DNA of 64,000 nt from positions 13,937-77,936 of the IMG/VR virus record IMGVR_UViG_3300042898_000852; one strand, 5' to 3'. The stretch is from a virus. The position numbers were made by a program, and so were the translations under genes. Below, piece after piece: positions 63,822 through 64,000 of the stretch (positions within the stretch are counted from its first letter, which is position 1; every line of letters begins with the position of its first letter). The notes below the pieces were generated by a model. It saw nothing but the letters and a program-made list of their open reading frames with translations. It was not told where the DNA came from and did no database searches.

Positions 63822-64000
63822 TCTTTAGGGAGATGGGGGGTCAACTGATCCCCCAATACTCTTTTATACATTTCTAACATATCATCAAATGTAGCTTCTC
63901 TGTTGAGACTGTTTACAACACATTTCTTTTCTTTAAAGTCTAGGATAACCTTGGCACTTTGAATGTGCTTGGTTCTAATATTGTTTTTAAACTCTGTTAA
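63818..64000 (-). CDS. 3' end of a hypothetical protein (runs off the window)
   Basis: Open frame LTEFKNNIRTKH...DQLTPHLPKD*; stop overlaps the phoH stop (TTAA). Confidence 0.55.
   Translation of the reverse strand, partial: LTEFKNNIRTKHIQSAKVILDFKEKKCVVNSLNREATFDDMLEMYKRVLGDQLTPHLPKD

Noticed and set aside
63835-63855. G6/C5 hairpin after phoH as a terminator
   Set aside because: Lies inside the convergent ORF and has no immediate U-tract; too weak to call
1-64000. Eukaryotic giant-virus origin (TAAAT motif, PolB, DnaJ, lipase) or alternative genetic code
   Set aside because: SD sequences, sigma70 promoters, spanins, endolysin and tail fibres indicate a bacteriophage; long ORFs are intact in code 11 using all three stop codons
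1-64000. tRNA or rRNA genes
   Set aside because: Intergenic gaps are short and none showed a cloverleaf or T-loop pattern by eye; tRNAscan-SE would settle it

Overview
A 64-kb, AT-rich, gene-dense segment of a large T4-like (jumbo myovirus-type) phage. Spanins and an ErpA/IscA gene point to a Gram-negative, probably proteobacterial, host. The + strand (1-28140) carries a late structural block: a >4000-aa baseplate/tail protein, four paralogous tail-fibre-like genes and two paralogous small virion proteins. It then continues into a four-glycosyltransferase plus radical-SAM cluster. The - strand (28192-62933), in transcription order, carries an enlarged lysis cassette, DnaJ and ClpA, a block of probable internal-head polyproteins, family-B DNA polymerase and sliding clamp, a 7-deazaguanine DNA-modification locus (DpdA, QueD-fold/DpdL-like, FolE, QueE), and RNase H. 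phoH lies at the right end on +. Best candidates for new biology: (1) a QTMAN/GTDC1-like glycosyltransferase inside the deazaguanine locus, suggesting a sugar-hypermodified 7-deazaguanine in phage DNA; (2) capsid-targeted polyproteins built of modules separated by a DNA repeat (CAAGGTRTGGCGGAA) encoding a probable protease site; (3) a late glycosyltransferase cluster that may glycosylate the virion; (4) recurrent TAAATA-promoter/SD-sequestering hairpins and a twin-hairpin leader on the polymerase gene. All family calls come from reading motifs by eye; no searches were run.
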